A DNA stretch of 64,000 nt from an uncultured bacterium. GTDB taxonomy: Bacteria; Krumholzibacteriota; Krumholzibacteriia; LZORAL124-64-63. The stretch covers positions 32,001 to 96,000 of the forward strand of contig CAVSGO010000006.1 in NCBI GenBank assembly GCA_963727525.1, read 5' to 3'. The position numbers and the translations under genes are program-made. Position 1 is the stretch's first letter, and each line of letters starts with the position of its first letter. Below are positions 19,901 through 28,772 of the stretch, piece by piece. The notes under the pieces were generated by a model. It saw only the letters and a program-made list of their open reading frames with translations. It ran no database searches and was not told the DNA's origin.

Positions 19901-20023
19901 TATGCCACGTCATGGCTCGGGCAGGACGCCCTCGGGCAGTCCGTGGCCTCGGGGGTGTACGTGGCGCGCCTCGAGGCGCCGGGCCGGGTGGTGGCCACGC
20001 GCAAGCTCACGCTCGTACGGTGA
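16952..20023 (+). CDS. Large secreted adhesin-like protein (Pmp/parallel beta-helix repeats, autotransporter-passenger-like region, cadherin-like Ig, FlgD-Ig C-terminal domain)
   Basis: GGAGG RBS; signal peptide; GGAVY/F..N repeats; PGASPGTLTV; NDSDPDGD; C-terminal PNPFNP. Confidence 0.85.
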   Translation: MDTKLLVLLAALALAAPALAVTRVVDLGGGGDFMTIQPAIDASASGDVIVVHAGTYTGSGNTGLNFGGRNLTLQASSGADVTVIDAEQSARLFVFASGETAAARVEGFTLTHGLSGSVGGAVYIQDASPTFVDCYLVENSSDAHGGAVYVQGGEPSFDGCTFVGNTTQGRGGALWIDGAAFVTIDQATITGNTANLSGLSHNGGGLVVSGDSHLQLTRSILWGNRAGDFDDLYVLGTSSAAISCCDVDSGGIGGAGGVDYGAGVVVSDPHFCQPAYCRASPWGDGDYGLAANSPCLPTNNACGERIGAWPQSCGEVVVWTGGAGTTAWENPNNWSTHNLPGPGDNVQITTGDVVLASTAEIGILTQCSESDDSDLTLTITTGGHLLLASGVTDKEVHVATVTSDKTVIENGGEASTGTNNVPQLWHLLGEFDLNNGHVNGALTLDGSGAANSSGNSSLGHDTSVINRGHTPNKVAGAPGLNVVSGTLTVDGTLKNHGDISIAGGAALQLGGTLDNLADGAIALEGSITGNGSLSNRGAMTKTGATASDVVPGVTNLRDAGGAGTIVVSENVWRVGGAFSNSGLVGIADGATLRRTGTITNAADGIIQLAGNIGGGGLLTNQGLVQRSGAGTSTVTGTIANTADLDTGDRGRLLVPTGALNLTTLRSDGIVDVSAGAALTVTSELISGDDARLSGGGSVDVVTASFTNTGRVRPGASPGTLTVVGDYPSTPSTRLFVELGGTAPGTQYDRLVATGTATLGGAMHVALINGFVPSVGDTFTVLTAASVLATFDCVSGLPVAPGLRLVPSVLSDRVLLVATAGDDGDQAPLAVRDDVIVSDSLPSTLSPLANDSDPDGDGLTLVSVIVAATAGTARVSVDGETITYWPPAASTALDSLVYVVTDCAGAVDSATVVLHLANTTATPDPPEPLPDAAYKLYPNTPNPFNPFTSIRFDVARPGPMRVAIYDLRGRLVQTLTDGFHAAGTYATSWLGQDALGQSVASGVYVARLEAPGRVVATRKLTLVR

Positions 20024-20045
20024 CGGCGCGCACCGGGAGGTGCCC

Positions 20046-20627
20046 ATGACGGAAGAATCGCGGGTCGACGTGACGCGCATGCTGCAGTCCATCGAAGGTT
20101 CGGCCGCCGACGAAGGCGCGGCCAATCGCCTCTTCGCGGCCGTCTATGACGAGCTGCACGGCATCGCCGCCGGGCTCATGCGCCGCGAGCGTGACGACCA
20201 CACCCTGCAGCCCACGGCCCTCGTGCACGAGGCGTACATGCGCCTCGTCGACCAGACCCGGGCCGACTGGCAGAACCGTGCCCACTTCTACGGCATCGCC
20301 GCGCGCGCGATGCGCCAGATCCTGGTGGATCACGCGCGCAAGCACACCGCCGACAAGCGCGGTGGCCAGTGGCGCCGCGTGACCCTGGACGACAACGTGG
20401 CCGAGGCCGAGCAACTCTCCCTCGATATCCTCGCCGTACACGAGGCCCTCGAGCAACTCGCCCTCCGGGACGAGCGCATGGCGAAGGTGGTGGAGCTGCG
20501 CATCTTCGCGGGCCTGCACGCGCGCGAGGCCGCGCACGTGCTCGGGGTGTCGAAGCGCACCGTGGACGAGGACTGGCGCGTGGCGCGCATGCTGCTGGGC
20601 CGCGCGCTGTCGGCGGGCGCGGATTGA
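20046..20627 (+). CDS. ECF RNA polymerase sigma factor (kinase-associated, TIGR02999-like)
   Basis: Motifs VYDELHGIA, HTLQPTALVHEAY, NRAHFYGIAARAMRQILVDHAR and VVELRIFAGL. Confidence 0.93.
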   Translation: MTEESRVDVTRMLQSIEGSAADEGAANRLFAAVYDELHGIAAGLMRRERDDHTLQPTALVHEAYMRLVDQTRADWQNRAHFYGIAARAMRQILVDHARKHTADKRGGQWRRVTLDDNVAEAEQLSLDILAVHEALEQLALRDERMAKVVELRIFAGLHAREAAHVLGVSKRTVDEDWRVARMLLGRALSAGAD

Positions 20628-23287
20628 TGAACGACGAGCGCTTCGCCCGGTTGCGCGCCATCCTGCTGCATGCCGCCGACCTGCCGGTCGACGCGCGCAG
20701 TGCCTACCTTGGCGATGCCTGCGCCGGCGACGCGGAGCTGCGGGCCGAGGTGGAGGCGCTTCTGCCCCATGACGTGGATGCGCCGTCGATCGTCGCCACG
20801 TCCGGCCTTGGCCGTCGTCTCGCCGCGGAGGCGGGGCAGGCATTCCTGCGCGCGCCGAACGCCGCACCCCCGGAGCGCATCGGTCCCTATCGTATCCTGG
20901 AGGTGCTCGGCGAGGGCGGCATGGGCGTGGTCTATCGCGCGGAGCAGGAGGAGCCCATACGCCGCGAGGTGGCGCTCAAGCTCGTGCGCTGGGGCTTCGA
21001 CACCGATCAGGTGGCCACGCGCTTCGCCGCCGAACGCCAGGTGCTGGCGCGCATGGAACACCCGCACATCGCGCGCGTGCTCGACGCCGGTCAGGACGAC
21101 GCCGGCCGACCTTACTTCGTGATGGAGCTGGTGCGGGGTGTGCCCATCACGGCGTACTGCGAGCAGCACGCGCTGTCGGTCGACGGCCGGCTGGCCCTAA
21201 TGCTCGCCATCTGTCGCGCCGTGCAGCATGCGCATCAGAAGGGCGTGATCCACCGCGACCTCAAGCCCTCGAACCTGCTCGTGAGCGAGAGCGATGGCGC
21301 GCCGCTGCCCAAGGTGATCGACTTTGGTATTGCCAAGGCTCTCGACCAGGCCGACGACGGTCTCACGCGCGAGGGCCAGCCCATCGGCACGGTGCGCTAC
21401 ATGAGCCCGGAGCAGGCGCGCGGCGTGAGCAGCGAGATCGACGTGCGCAGCGATGTGTATGCCCTCGGCGTGATCCTCTACGAGCTGCTCACCGGGGCGC
21501 CACCCTACGTCGCCGATGAGACCTCGCTGATCGGTCAGATGCGGGTGGTGATCGAGGCGCCGCCCCGGTCGTTTCGCGAGACCGCACCCGCCGATCGCCA
21601 CCTCGACGCTGACCTGGAGACGATCGTCCGCAAGGCCCTGGCGAAGGACCCGGCCGAACGCTACCAGAGCGCCGCTGCCCTGGGTGAGGACATCGAGCGC
21701 TTCCAGGCCTCGCTACCCATCCTCGCGCGCCCGCCCAGCGCCATGTATCAGCTCCGCAAACTGGTGGCGCGCAACCGCGTGCCATCGACATTGATCGCGG
21801 GCATCGTGCTGCTGATCGTGGGCTTCGGCATCTGGATGAGCGTGCTCTACGTGCGATCGGCGCGCAATCTGCGCCGCGCCGTCGTCGCCGAGAGCGAGTC
21901 GCGTCAGGTGACGGACTTCGTCACCGGTCTGTTCGAGATCTCGCATCCGAGCGAGTCGCGCGGCAATGCGGTGACGGCGCGCGAGATCCTCGACACCGGC
22001 GCCGAGAAGATCGAGACCGAACTGGGCGATCAGCCGGAGGTGCAGGAGCGGCTGCTGCACACGCTCGGCGTGGTGTACTCGGGTCTGGGGCTCTATGACA
22101 GATCGGGAGAGCTGCTGGAGGCCGCCCTCGCGCGCCGTCGCGCCGTCGGCCACGATGACAACCTCGAGGTCGCGTCGGTGCTCACCGACCTGGGCGCCAT
22201 CTATCGCACGCGCGGCCAGGTCGCCCAGGCCGACACCGCCTACCAGGCTGCCCTGGACATCCGCCAGCGTCTGCTGCCCGCCACCGACTGGCGCGTGGCC
22301 GCGGCCGAGGCCAACGTCGGCGGGATCCGGGCGCTGCAGGGCCAGACCGACGAGGCGGCCCGGATGCTCGTGGACGCCGCCTCCTCGCTCGAAGCCCACG
22401 CGCCGGCCGGCTCGCTCGAGCTGCCGGCCACCTGGAACAGCCTGGCGCAGGTGCGCAAGGCGCAGCGCGATTTCGCCGCCGCCGAGTCGCTCGACACGCG
22501 GGCCCTCGCCCGTCGCGAGGAGCTGCTGCCGCCCGACCACCCGGAGATCGCCGAGTCGCTCAACAACCTCGCCGCCCTCTACTGGGCCCAGGGTCGTCTC
22601 GACGAGGCGGCACCCCTGGCCGAGCGCGCCCTCGCCATCCAGGAGAAGATCCTCGGCGCCGACCACCCCGACTTCGCCCTGGCGTTGCTCAACCAGGCCG
22701 CCATCGACCAGGACGTGGGCCGCCTCGAGATCGCCGAGCGCGAGCTGACGCGCGCGGTGGGCATTCTCGAGCGCAGCCTCGGCCCCGACGACGTGCAGGT
22801 GGCGTACGCCCTGAACAACCTCGGCACCCTGTACCGCAAGCAGGACCGCCTGGATCTCGCCGCGTCCACCCTCGAGCGTTCCCTCGCGATCAAGCGCGCG
22901 AAGCTGGGCGACGATCACCTCTCGGTGGCTACCGCCCGCAACAACCTCGGTGAGGTGCGCCTGGCTCAGGGCCAGACCCGCATCGCCATCGCACTCTTCA
23001 CCGAGGCCATGGCCATCCGCACGCAGCACTACGGCGGCGACGACGCCCGCACGGCATTGCCCATGCACAACCTCGGCCTCGCGTATCTGAAGTCCGGCCG
23101 GCTGGACTCGGCAAGCGCCGACCTCGACCGCGCCCTCGCCATTCGCGTCGCGAAGCTGGGCCCGGTGCACGTGCGGATCGCGGAATCCCTGGAGGCCTGC
23201 GCCGAGCTGGCGCGGAAACTGGGGCAGAGTGCGAGGGCGGACTCCTTGCTGGCGCGAGCGAAGGCGGTACGGGGGAAGCTCGAGTAG
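20627..23287 (+). CDS. Membrane Ser/Thr protein kinase with C-terminal TPR repeats
   Basis: Hanks motifs LGEGGMGVVY, VALK, HRDLKPSN, DFG and YMSPEQ; one TM helix; kinesin-light-chain-type TPRs (SLNNLA..Y); TGATG coupling to the sigma gene. Confidence 0.95.
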   Translation: MNDERFARLRAILLHAADLPVDARSAYLGDACAGDAELRAEVEALLPHDVDAPSIVATSGLGRRLAAEAGQAFLRAPNAAPPERIGPYRILEVLGEGGMGVVYRAEQEEPIRREVALKLVRWGFDTDQVATRFAAERQVLARMEHPHIARVLDAGQDDAGRPYFVMELVRGVPITAYCEQHALSVDGRLALMLAICRAVQHAHQKGVIHRDLKPSNLLVSESDGAPLPKVIDFGIAKALDQADDGLTREGQPIGTVRYMSPEQARGVSSEIDVRSDVYALGVILYELLTGAPPYVADETSLIGQMRVVIEAPPRSFRETAPADRHLDADLETIVRKALAKDPAERYQSAAALGEDIERFQASLPILARPPSAMYQLRKLVARNRVPSTLIAGIVLLIVGFGIWMSVLYVRSARNLRRAVVAESESRQVTDFVTGLFEISHPSESRGNAVTAREILDTGAEKIETELGDQPEVQERLLHTLGVVYSGLGLYDRSGELLEAALARRRAVGHDDNLEVASVLTDLGAIYRTRGQVAQADTAYQAALDIRQRLLPATDWRVAAAEANVGGIRALQGQTDEAARMLVDAASSLEAHAPAGSLELPATWNSLAQVRKAQRDFAAAESLDTRALARREELLPPDHPEIAESLNNLAALYWAQGRLDEAAPLAERALAIQEKILGADHPDFALALLNQAAIDQDVGRLEIAERELTRAVGILERSLGPDDVQVAYALNNLGTLYRKQDRLDLAASTLERSLAIKRAKLGDDHLSVATARNNLGEVRLAQGQTRIAIALFTEAMAIRTQHYGGDDARTALPMHNLGLAYLKSGRLDSASADLDRALAIRVAKLGPVHVRIAESLEACAELARKLGQSARADSLLARAKAVRGKLE

Positions 23288-23417
23288 GAACGCGGATGAC
23301 ATGCCCCGGGCCCGACCTGTATCCTGGGCGAGCCAGCGGCCGCTGGAGGTGGGCGAAGATCCGATCCTGGCGTTCGTGACCCGCATGGTCGACGATAGCG
23401 CTACGGGAGGTGCGCCG

Positions 23418-24074
23418 ATGTCGATCACCGCAGACGAGGAACGCCGGATCCAGGCAACCGCCGATCAGCTCGAGGCGAGGACCGGCGTGCAGGTGCTCGC
23501 GGCCGTCATCGGGAAGGCGGATCACTATCCGGAGGTACCCTGGAAGGCGTTCGCCCTGGCCGCGGCTCTGGCGGCTTCCGTCCTCATCGTGCGAGCCTTC
23601 GTGGCTCCATCCTGGTTCGCACCCTTCGATGCCGCCATGGACGCCGTGGTCGTGCTCGGGGTCGGCATGCTCGCGGCCGTGCTGGCGGCCTGCTGGCCGC
23701 CGCTGGCCCGCCGGATCGTCGGGTCCCCACGGCTGCAGGGCGAGGTCGAGCAATATGCGCGAGCGTTCTTCCTCGAACGCGAGCTGTTCGCGACGCGCGA
23801 GCGCAACGGCATCCTCCTGCTGATCAGTCTCTTCGAGCGCAAGGTCGTCGTGCTGCCGGACAGCGGCGTCGCGGCTCGGCTGAGCGACGGCGCCCTGGCC
23901 GGGGTGATCGATGGCATGCGCACTCCACTCGCTCGCGGTCGGCGAGCCGAGGCGGTGCTGGCGGGCCTCACGGCCCTCGAGAACGCGCTGCTCGCCGCCG
24001 GCGTGCGTGAGACAGCGGGAGGTCCGGACGAGATTCCGTCCGAGTTCGTCGAGGACAGGGGGGAGGAGCGATGA
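23418..24074 (+). CDS. TPM domain membrane protein
   Basis: Motifs LEARTGVQV and TRERNGILLLISLFERKVVVLPDSG; 2 TM helices. Confidence 0.85.
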   Translation: MSITADEERRIQATADQLEARTGVQVLAAVIGKADHYPEVPWKAFALAAALAASVLIVRAFVAPSWFAPFDAAMDAVVVLGVGMLAAVLAACWPPLARRIVGSPRLQGEVEQYARAFFLERELFATRERNGILLLISLFERKVVVLPDSGVAARLSDGALAGVIDGMRTPLARGRRAEAVLAGLTALENALLAAGVRETAGGPDEIPSEFVEDRGEER

Positions 24075-25036
24075 GAACGCGCCTGCGCAACGCCGGCACC
24101 CTGGTCGTCACTCTCCTTGTCGTGACCATGGCCAGCGCCACGCGTGGCGAGGTGGCGGTTCCCTATCTTACCGGCCGCGTCGTCGACACGGCAGAGATCC
24201 TGGGTTCGGACGCCAGGGCACGGGTCACCGAGCACCTGCGTGCCCACGAGGAGCGTAGCGGCGACCAGATCGCAGTGCTCACGATACCCAGCCTCGAGGG
24301 CGAGAGCGTTGAAGACTTCGCCCAGCGGGTCTTCGAGGCATGGCGGCTGGGTCAAGCCGACCGCGATAACGGCGTGTTGATGGTGGTGGCCGCCGCGGAT
24401 CGTCGGATGCGCATCCAGGTCGGATATGGCCTGGAGCCCACGCTCACGGATCTCGCCGCGGGGCGCATCATCCGCAACGTCATCACGCCGCCTTTCCGCG
24501 AGGGCGACTACGACGCGGGCGTCGAGGCCGGTGTGGACGCGATCGTCGCTGTTCTCGAAGGACAAGGTGCTCCTGCGGAAGCACCTGTGGCGGAGAGTCA
24601 TCATGCGAATTTCCACATGGAAGGCCCCGACCTGTCGGTCATGGAACGCATTCTTTTCGGCGCCTTCATCTTCGGCATCATCGGTCTCTTCACGGTGCTC
24701 GGCGTGCTGATGCCGGGCGGCGGCTGGGCTCTCTACCCCTTCCTCATCCCCTTCTGGGCGACCTTCCCGATCGTCGTCGTCGGCGTGCGCGGGGCCTTCG
24801 TGCTGCTCATCGCCTACCTCGTGCTCTTCCCTGTTGCCAAGATCCTGGTGTCGCGGTCTCCCCGGTACCGGCACGCCCGCCACGCGCTGAAGACGAAGGG
24901 TGTCGCCCATGTCGGAGGTTTCACCTTCGGCGGCGGCGGTAGCGCCGGTTCGCATGGCTCGTGGAGCTCTGGCAGTAGCAGCTTCTCCGGCGGCGGCGGG
25001 CATTCCGGCGGCGGCGGTGCTTCCGGAAGCTGGTGA
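24071..25036 (+). CDS. TPM domain protein (YgcG family)
   Basis: Motifs LTGRVVDTA, DNGVL and RIQVGYGLEPTLTD; Gly/Ser-rich tail FSGGGGHSGGGGASGSW. Confidence 0.92.
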   Translation: MRTRLRNAGTLVVTLLVVTMASATRGEVAVPYLTGRVVDTAEILGSDARARVTEHLRAHEERSGDQIAVLTIPSLEGESVEDFAQRVFEAWRLGQADRDNGVLMVVAAADRRMRIQVGYGLEPTLTDLAAGRIIRNVITPPFREGDYDAGVEAGVDAIVAVLEGQGAPAEAPVAESHHANFHMEGPDLSVMERILFGAFIFGIIGLFTVLGVLMPGGGWALYPFLIPFWATFPIVVVGVRGAFVLLIAYLVLFPVAKILVSRSPRYRHARHALKTKGVAHVGGFTFGGGGSAGSHGSWSSGSSSFSGGGGHSGGGGASGSW

Positions 25037-25242
25037 TCTGCTGCGCTGGCCAGCAGATCCGGAATAAGTGCTGCAGCACGAGGCGCGGTTTCCGCCCGAA
25101 CATCCAGGGATCAACGGAATCGGAGCGAAGTTGAGGCTGCGATGCCAGCAGGCGCGTTTGCGCCAGCGCGAATACCGGAGGATCATGGTGGCAAGGCAGG
25201 ATGGTTCGACCTGCCTTCACCCTCGATCCGGAGGCGACGATC

Positions 25243-25695
25243 ATGGCGTTCGTGCACAACATGGCCGAAGACAGTGTCGGCATCGTGTGGATCTATGACG
25301 TGAATTTCAGCGTGGGGCCCGGCCGCCGCAACCATCAGGCCGATGTCCAGCTCGTGCAGCACGGGCTCAACACGCTGCTGGCCCCGCTGGTCATCCCCGG
25401 CAAGAACGGGTTGCCCATCAAGAACTACCTGAAGCGCGATGGTATCTACGGACGGAAGACGTCCGAGGCGATTCACGGATTCCAGAAACGGTTGCAACAG
25501 CTCGGCCTGTTCGTTGCTTCCGACGGGATCGTGAGTCCGTCCAGCCCGTCGGGCTGGAACAAGGACGGCTCCCGACAATACACCATCGTCTATCTCAACC
25601 GCATGCACCGCGATATCTATGGCACGATGATGGACGAAGAGCAGTTCCCGGAGCCGTTGAAGTCCAACGTGAAAGCGAATGCCGTCGTTGGATGA
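25243..25695 (+). CDS. Peptidoglycan-binding-like domain protein
   Basis: SVG..RRNHQADVQLVQ..L and DGIYGRKTSEAIHGFQ...DGIVSP match the PG_binding_1-type pattern; GGAGG RBS. Confidence 0.7.
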   Translation: MAFVHNMAEDSVGIVWIYDVNFSVGPGRRNHQADVQLVQHGLNTLLAPLVIPGKNGLPIKNYLKRDGIYGRKTSEAIHGFQKRLQQLGLFVASDGIVSPSSPSGWNKDGSRQYTIVYLNRMHRDIYGTMMDEEQFPEPLKSNVKANAVVG

Positions 25696-25726
25696 CAGAT
25701 GGTGACTCGATTCGTCGCGGGCGCGA

Positions 25727-26368
25727 TCAGCGCCGATCCAGCGCCAGCCGCAGGCCGAGTCCCACGAGGACCAACCCGCATACCGCTTCCAGGCGACGAC
25801 GCACCGCCGACCGCATGAGCTGGCGGCGGGCGGCGTCGGCCAGGAACGAGACGCCGGTGAGCCAGACGAGGCCCTCGGCGCCGTGGATAGCGGCCAGCAG
25901 GAGCGACTTGCGCAGGACCGGGTCGCCGGGGCTGATGAACTGGGGCAGGAAGGCAAGGTAGAAGACGGCGACCTTCGGGTTCAGAACGTTGCAGAGAAAA
26001 CCGTCGAGCAGGCATCGTCCGGTGGCTGTGGGCATCGGGACCGGCCCGTCCGGCGTCATGGCGGCGCCGTGGCGCTGACCACGGAAGGCTTCCCACAGGG
26101 ACCGTGCGCCGAGCCAGACCAGGTAGCAAGCTCCCGCGAGCTTGACGGCGCCGAACAGCTCGGCCGAGCGGGTCAGGATCACGGAGACGCCGATGGCCGA
26201 CAGGGTGGCGTGGACGAAGAGGCCGGCACAGATACCCCACATGGTGGCCAGTCCGTCGCGGCGACCGCCGCGCAGCACGCTGCGCAGGACGAGCATGGTG
26301 TCGGCGCCCGGCGTGATCGTCAGCACGCCGGCGACGAGGGTGAAGGCGAGGACCTGGGAGTCGAACAT
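25727..26368 (-). CDS. LysE/RhtB family amino-acid exporter
   Basis: Motifs TPGADTMLV, KLAGACYLVWLG and NVLNPKVAVFYLAFLPQF. Confidence 0.93.
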   Translation of the reverse strand: MFDSQVLAFTLVAGVLTITPGADTMLVLRSVLRGGRRDGLATMWGICAGLFVHATLSAIGVSVILTRSAELFGAVKLAGACYLVWLGARSLWEAFRGQRHGAAMTPDGPVPMPTATGRCLLDGFLCNVLNPKVAVFYLAFLPQFISPGDPVLRKSLLLAAIHGAEGLVWLTGVSFLADAARRQLMRSAVRRRLEAVCGLVLVGLGLRLALDRR

Positions 26369-26385
26369 CGCGAGGCCTTCCGTGT

Positions 26386-28623
26386 TCACACCTGGAACAG
26401 ATACTGCAGCTTGAGAAAGTAGCTCCGTTCCGATAGCCGCCAGCCCGGCTGCGGCAACTCCGTCTCGCCGTAACCCCGGTAGTCCCGCGTGGACCCCACG
26501 TAGAAGATCGAGAACGGGTTGATGCGGTACGTGATCAGCGGATCCACTTCCCACAGGCGATCGAAGTCGTCGTACTGCAGCACGAGGCGTAGCGACAGCT
26601 CGCGGGTCAACTGCATGCCGAGGCGGGTGCGGGCGACCCAGCCGGAGAAGAGGGCCTCGCCGGTGCCGCGGTCGACGCTTCGCGTGAAGTCATAGGACGA
26701 TTCCAGGATCAGGCGGTCCCAGGGCTTGAGGTTGAGCCACAGGCTCGTGCTGTTCTGACGACCGAGCACGAGGGCGGTGCGGGCGATGCGATGGCCGTGG
26801 GCGAGGTTGATGCCGCCGGAGACGGCGGAACTGGGCTTGGCCTCGATGTTGATGGAGGCCTGCCAGATGTCGTCGAACTGGATGTCGTGGAACAGCTCGT
26901 TGCTGTAGAGGACGTCGAGATTGATCTGGGTCTGGGCCCAGGCGAGGCGCAGGTAGAGGTGGGGATCGATCCACTCGTCCTTCTTCGTGCCGGCGAAGTT
27001 CCAGACGCGGGCCACGTTGATCTGCGGTTGGACGCGGTCGACGAAGCCGTCGGTGTAGAACGTGTAACCCGTCCACACGCTCGTCTCGTGACGATCGTTC
27101 CGGGGCTCGAAACCGTTCTCGGCGCGGAAAGTGGGGCTGCGGCGCCAGTAGTCGAAGTCGAAGTCCCAGTGGCGAGCGCTGCGCTCGAGGCTGGCGTAGA
27201 GGCCGTGGCCCCAGAAGCGCTCGCCGTCGAAGGCGGCGGTGTGGGCGCCGCGGTCGAAGGTGAGGTCGTTGATGCCCGCGGTGAGCGTGGTGTCGTTCGG
27301 CTCGGCGGTGTGGGTGGCGAGGGCCTGCACCTCGATCTGCCAGTTGCGGTCGAGGCGCTGGCGCCAGTCGACGCCCATGAGCGAGCCGGAGCCGCCGTCG
27401 TCGTGGCGGCGATCGGTGATGACGAGGCCCACGTGGGAACCATCGCCGAGGCTGTGCTGGTAGCGTGCAAGGGTCGAGGTGCTCTTGCGGCCGGCGACGA
27501 AGACGCTGCGCTCGGCGAAGGGCAGGATGAAGGGCGAGTGCTCGTCGCGCGCCACGAGCACGGCGAGGTTATCGGCGCCGGGGCGCCCCACGAGCTTGGC
27601 GGCGAAGAGGGGGTCGTTGATCGTGCGCGTGTAGACGGTGGTGAACCAGCTTGCGAAGAGGTCGCTGCCCTCCTGGAAGAAGGGCCGCTTCTCGGAGTAG
27701 TACAGCGCGAAGGTGGAGTTGACGTCGATCTGCGCGGCGTCCGACTCCACCTGGCTGAAGTCGGGGTTGAGCGTGGCCTCGGCCGAGAGCGTGGAGCTGA
27801 GGTTGTCACGGACGCTGAGGCCGGCCTGGGCCGTGACGGCACCGTGGTCGAAGGCGCCGTCGTCCTGACGATGGGAGGCCTGCGTGGTGACCACCGAGGG
27901 CAACACGGCGAGTCCCCTGCCTGGTTGCACGCCCGAGATGCCGCGCACCGTGCCCCACTTGCAGGGCCAGCACGGCTCGTCGCGATCGTAGGCGGCCCAG
28001 GAGTACTGCTCGCGTACCTCGCGGGGACGGTTGCGCCAGAAGTCGACGCGCCACACCTGGTCGGTGGTGTCGGGGAAGCGCAGGCTGTTCCAGGGGATGG
28101 CCATCTCCACCTGCCAGCCGTCTGCCGTGATGCGGGAAGCGGTGGCGAAGACGAGGTCGTAGGTCAGGTCCTCGTCGCCGTTGAGCGACCAGAGCAGATC
28201 GCCCTGGATGCCGTAGGGGTTGGCGGCGATCTCGTAGGCCTGCGCCTGCTTCCCGAAGGTGTCGAGGCAGAGGATGACGTAGTCGTCGCTCCAGATACGG
28301 TCGCGCTCGGTGAAGCTGGCGCGTAGCTCGGTCGGGTCGTCGTGGCAGACGAAGGCGGCGTAGAGGTAGGTGTCGTCGTAGGTGAGCCAGGCTTCGGTGG
28401 CGACCGGCGGCTCCACCTGATCGCCCGGGTTGTGCTCGGCGAAGTTGTCGGCGCGGCCCGCGTATCGCCAGCCGGGATCGCCGAGATCGCCGTCGACGAC
28501 GATGGCGGACGGCGTGCGCTGCACGGTGAGTTCGGGGTGGTAGACGGGGGTGAAGGCGCGCGCGCTGGCGGCACCGAGCACGACACCGAGCGTGGCGGCG
28601 AAAAGAAGGGCGCGGTGGGGCAT
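26386..28623 (-). CDS. Outer-membrane protein with CBM9-like N-terminal domain and DUF5916 barrel
   Basis: Motifs IVVDGDL.D..W, TLNPDFSQVESD and EKRPFFQEG; C-terminus FLKLQYLF. Confidence 0.88.
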   Translation of the reverse strand: MPHRALLFAATLGVVLGAASARAFTPVYHPELTVQRTPSAIVVDGDLGDPGWRYAGRADNFAEHNPGDQVEPPVATEAWLTYDDTYLYAAFVCHDDPTELRASFTERDRIWSDDYVILCLDTFGKQAQAYEIAANPYGIQGDLLWSLNGDEDLTYDLVFATASRITADGWQVEMAIPWNSLRFPDTTDQVWRVDFWRNRPREVREQYSWAAYDRDEPCWPCKWGTVRGISGVQPGRGLAVLPSVVTTQASHRQDDGAFDHGAVTAQAGLSVRDNLSSTLSAEATLNPDFSQVESDAAQIDVNSTFALYYSEKRPFFQEGSDLFASWFTTVYTRTINDPLFAAKLVGRPGADNLAVLVARDEHSPFILPFAERSVFVAGRKSTSTLARYQHSLGDGSHVGLVITDRRHDDGGSGSLMGVDWRQRLDRNWQIEVQALATHTAEPNDTTLTAGINDLTFDRGAHTAAFDGERFWGHGLYASLERSARHWDFDFDYWRRSPTFRAENGFEPRNDRHETSVWTGYTFYTDGFVDRVQPQINVARVWNFAGTKKDEWIDPHLYLRLAWAQTQINLDVLYSNELFHDIQFDDIWQASINIEAKPSSAVSGGINLAHGHRIARTALVLGRQNSTSLWLNLKPWDRLILESSYDFTRSVDRGTGEALFSGWVARTRLGMQLTRELSLRLVLQYDDFDRLWEVDPLITYRINPFSIFYVGSTRDYRGYGETELPQPGWRLSERSYFLKLQYLFQV

Positions 28624-28772
28624 CGCGGGTCGTCCTGATCCGGTGTGTGCGGCCGCGCCCGGGGGGCAGACGCGTCCGGTGACCGAACTCCTACGGGCGA
28701 CCGGCCGGCGAGGTTTCATCGCGTCGTGGTCGTCGTCGCGACTGGGCTTGCGCCGGCCCGGAATGCCGACGT

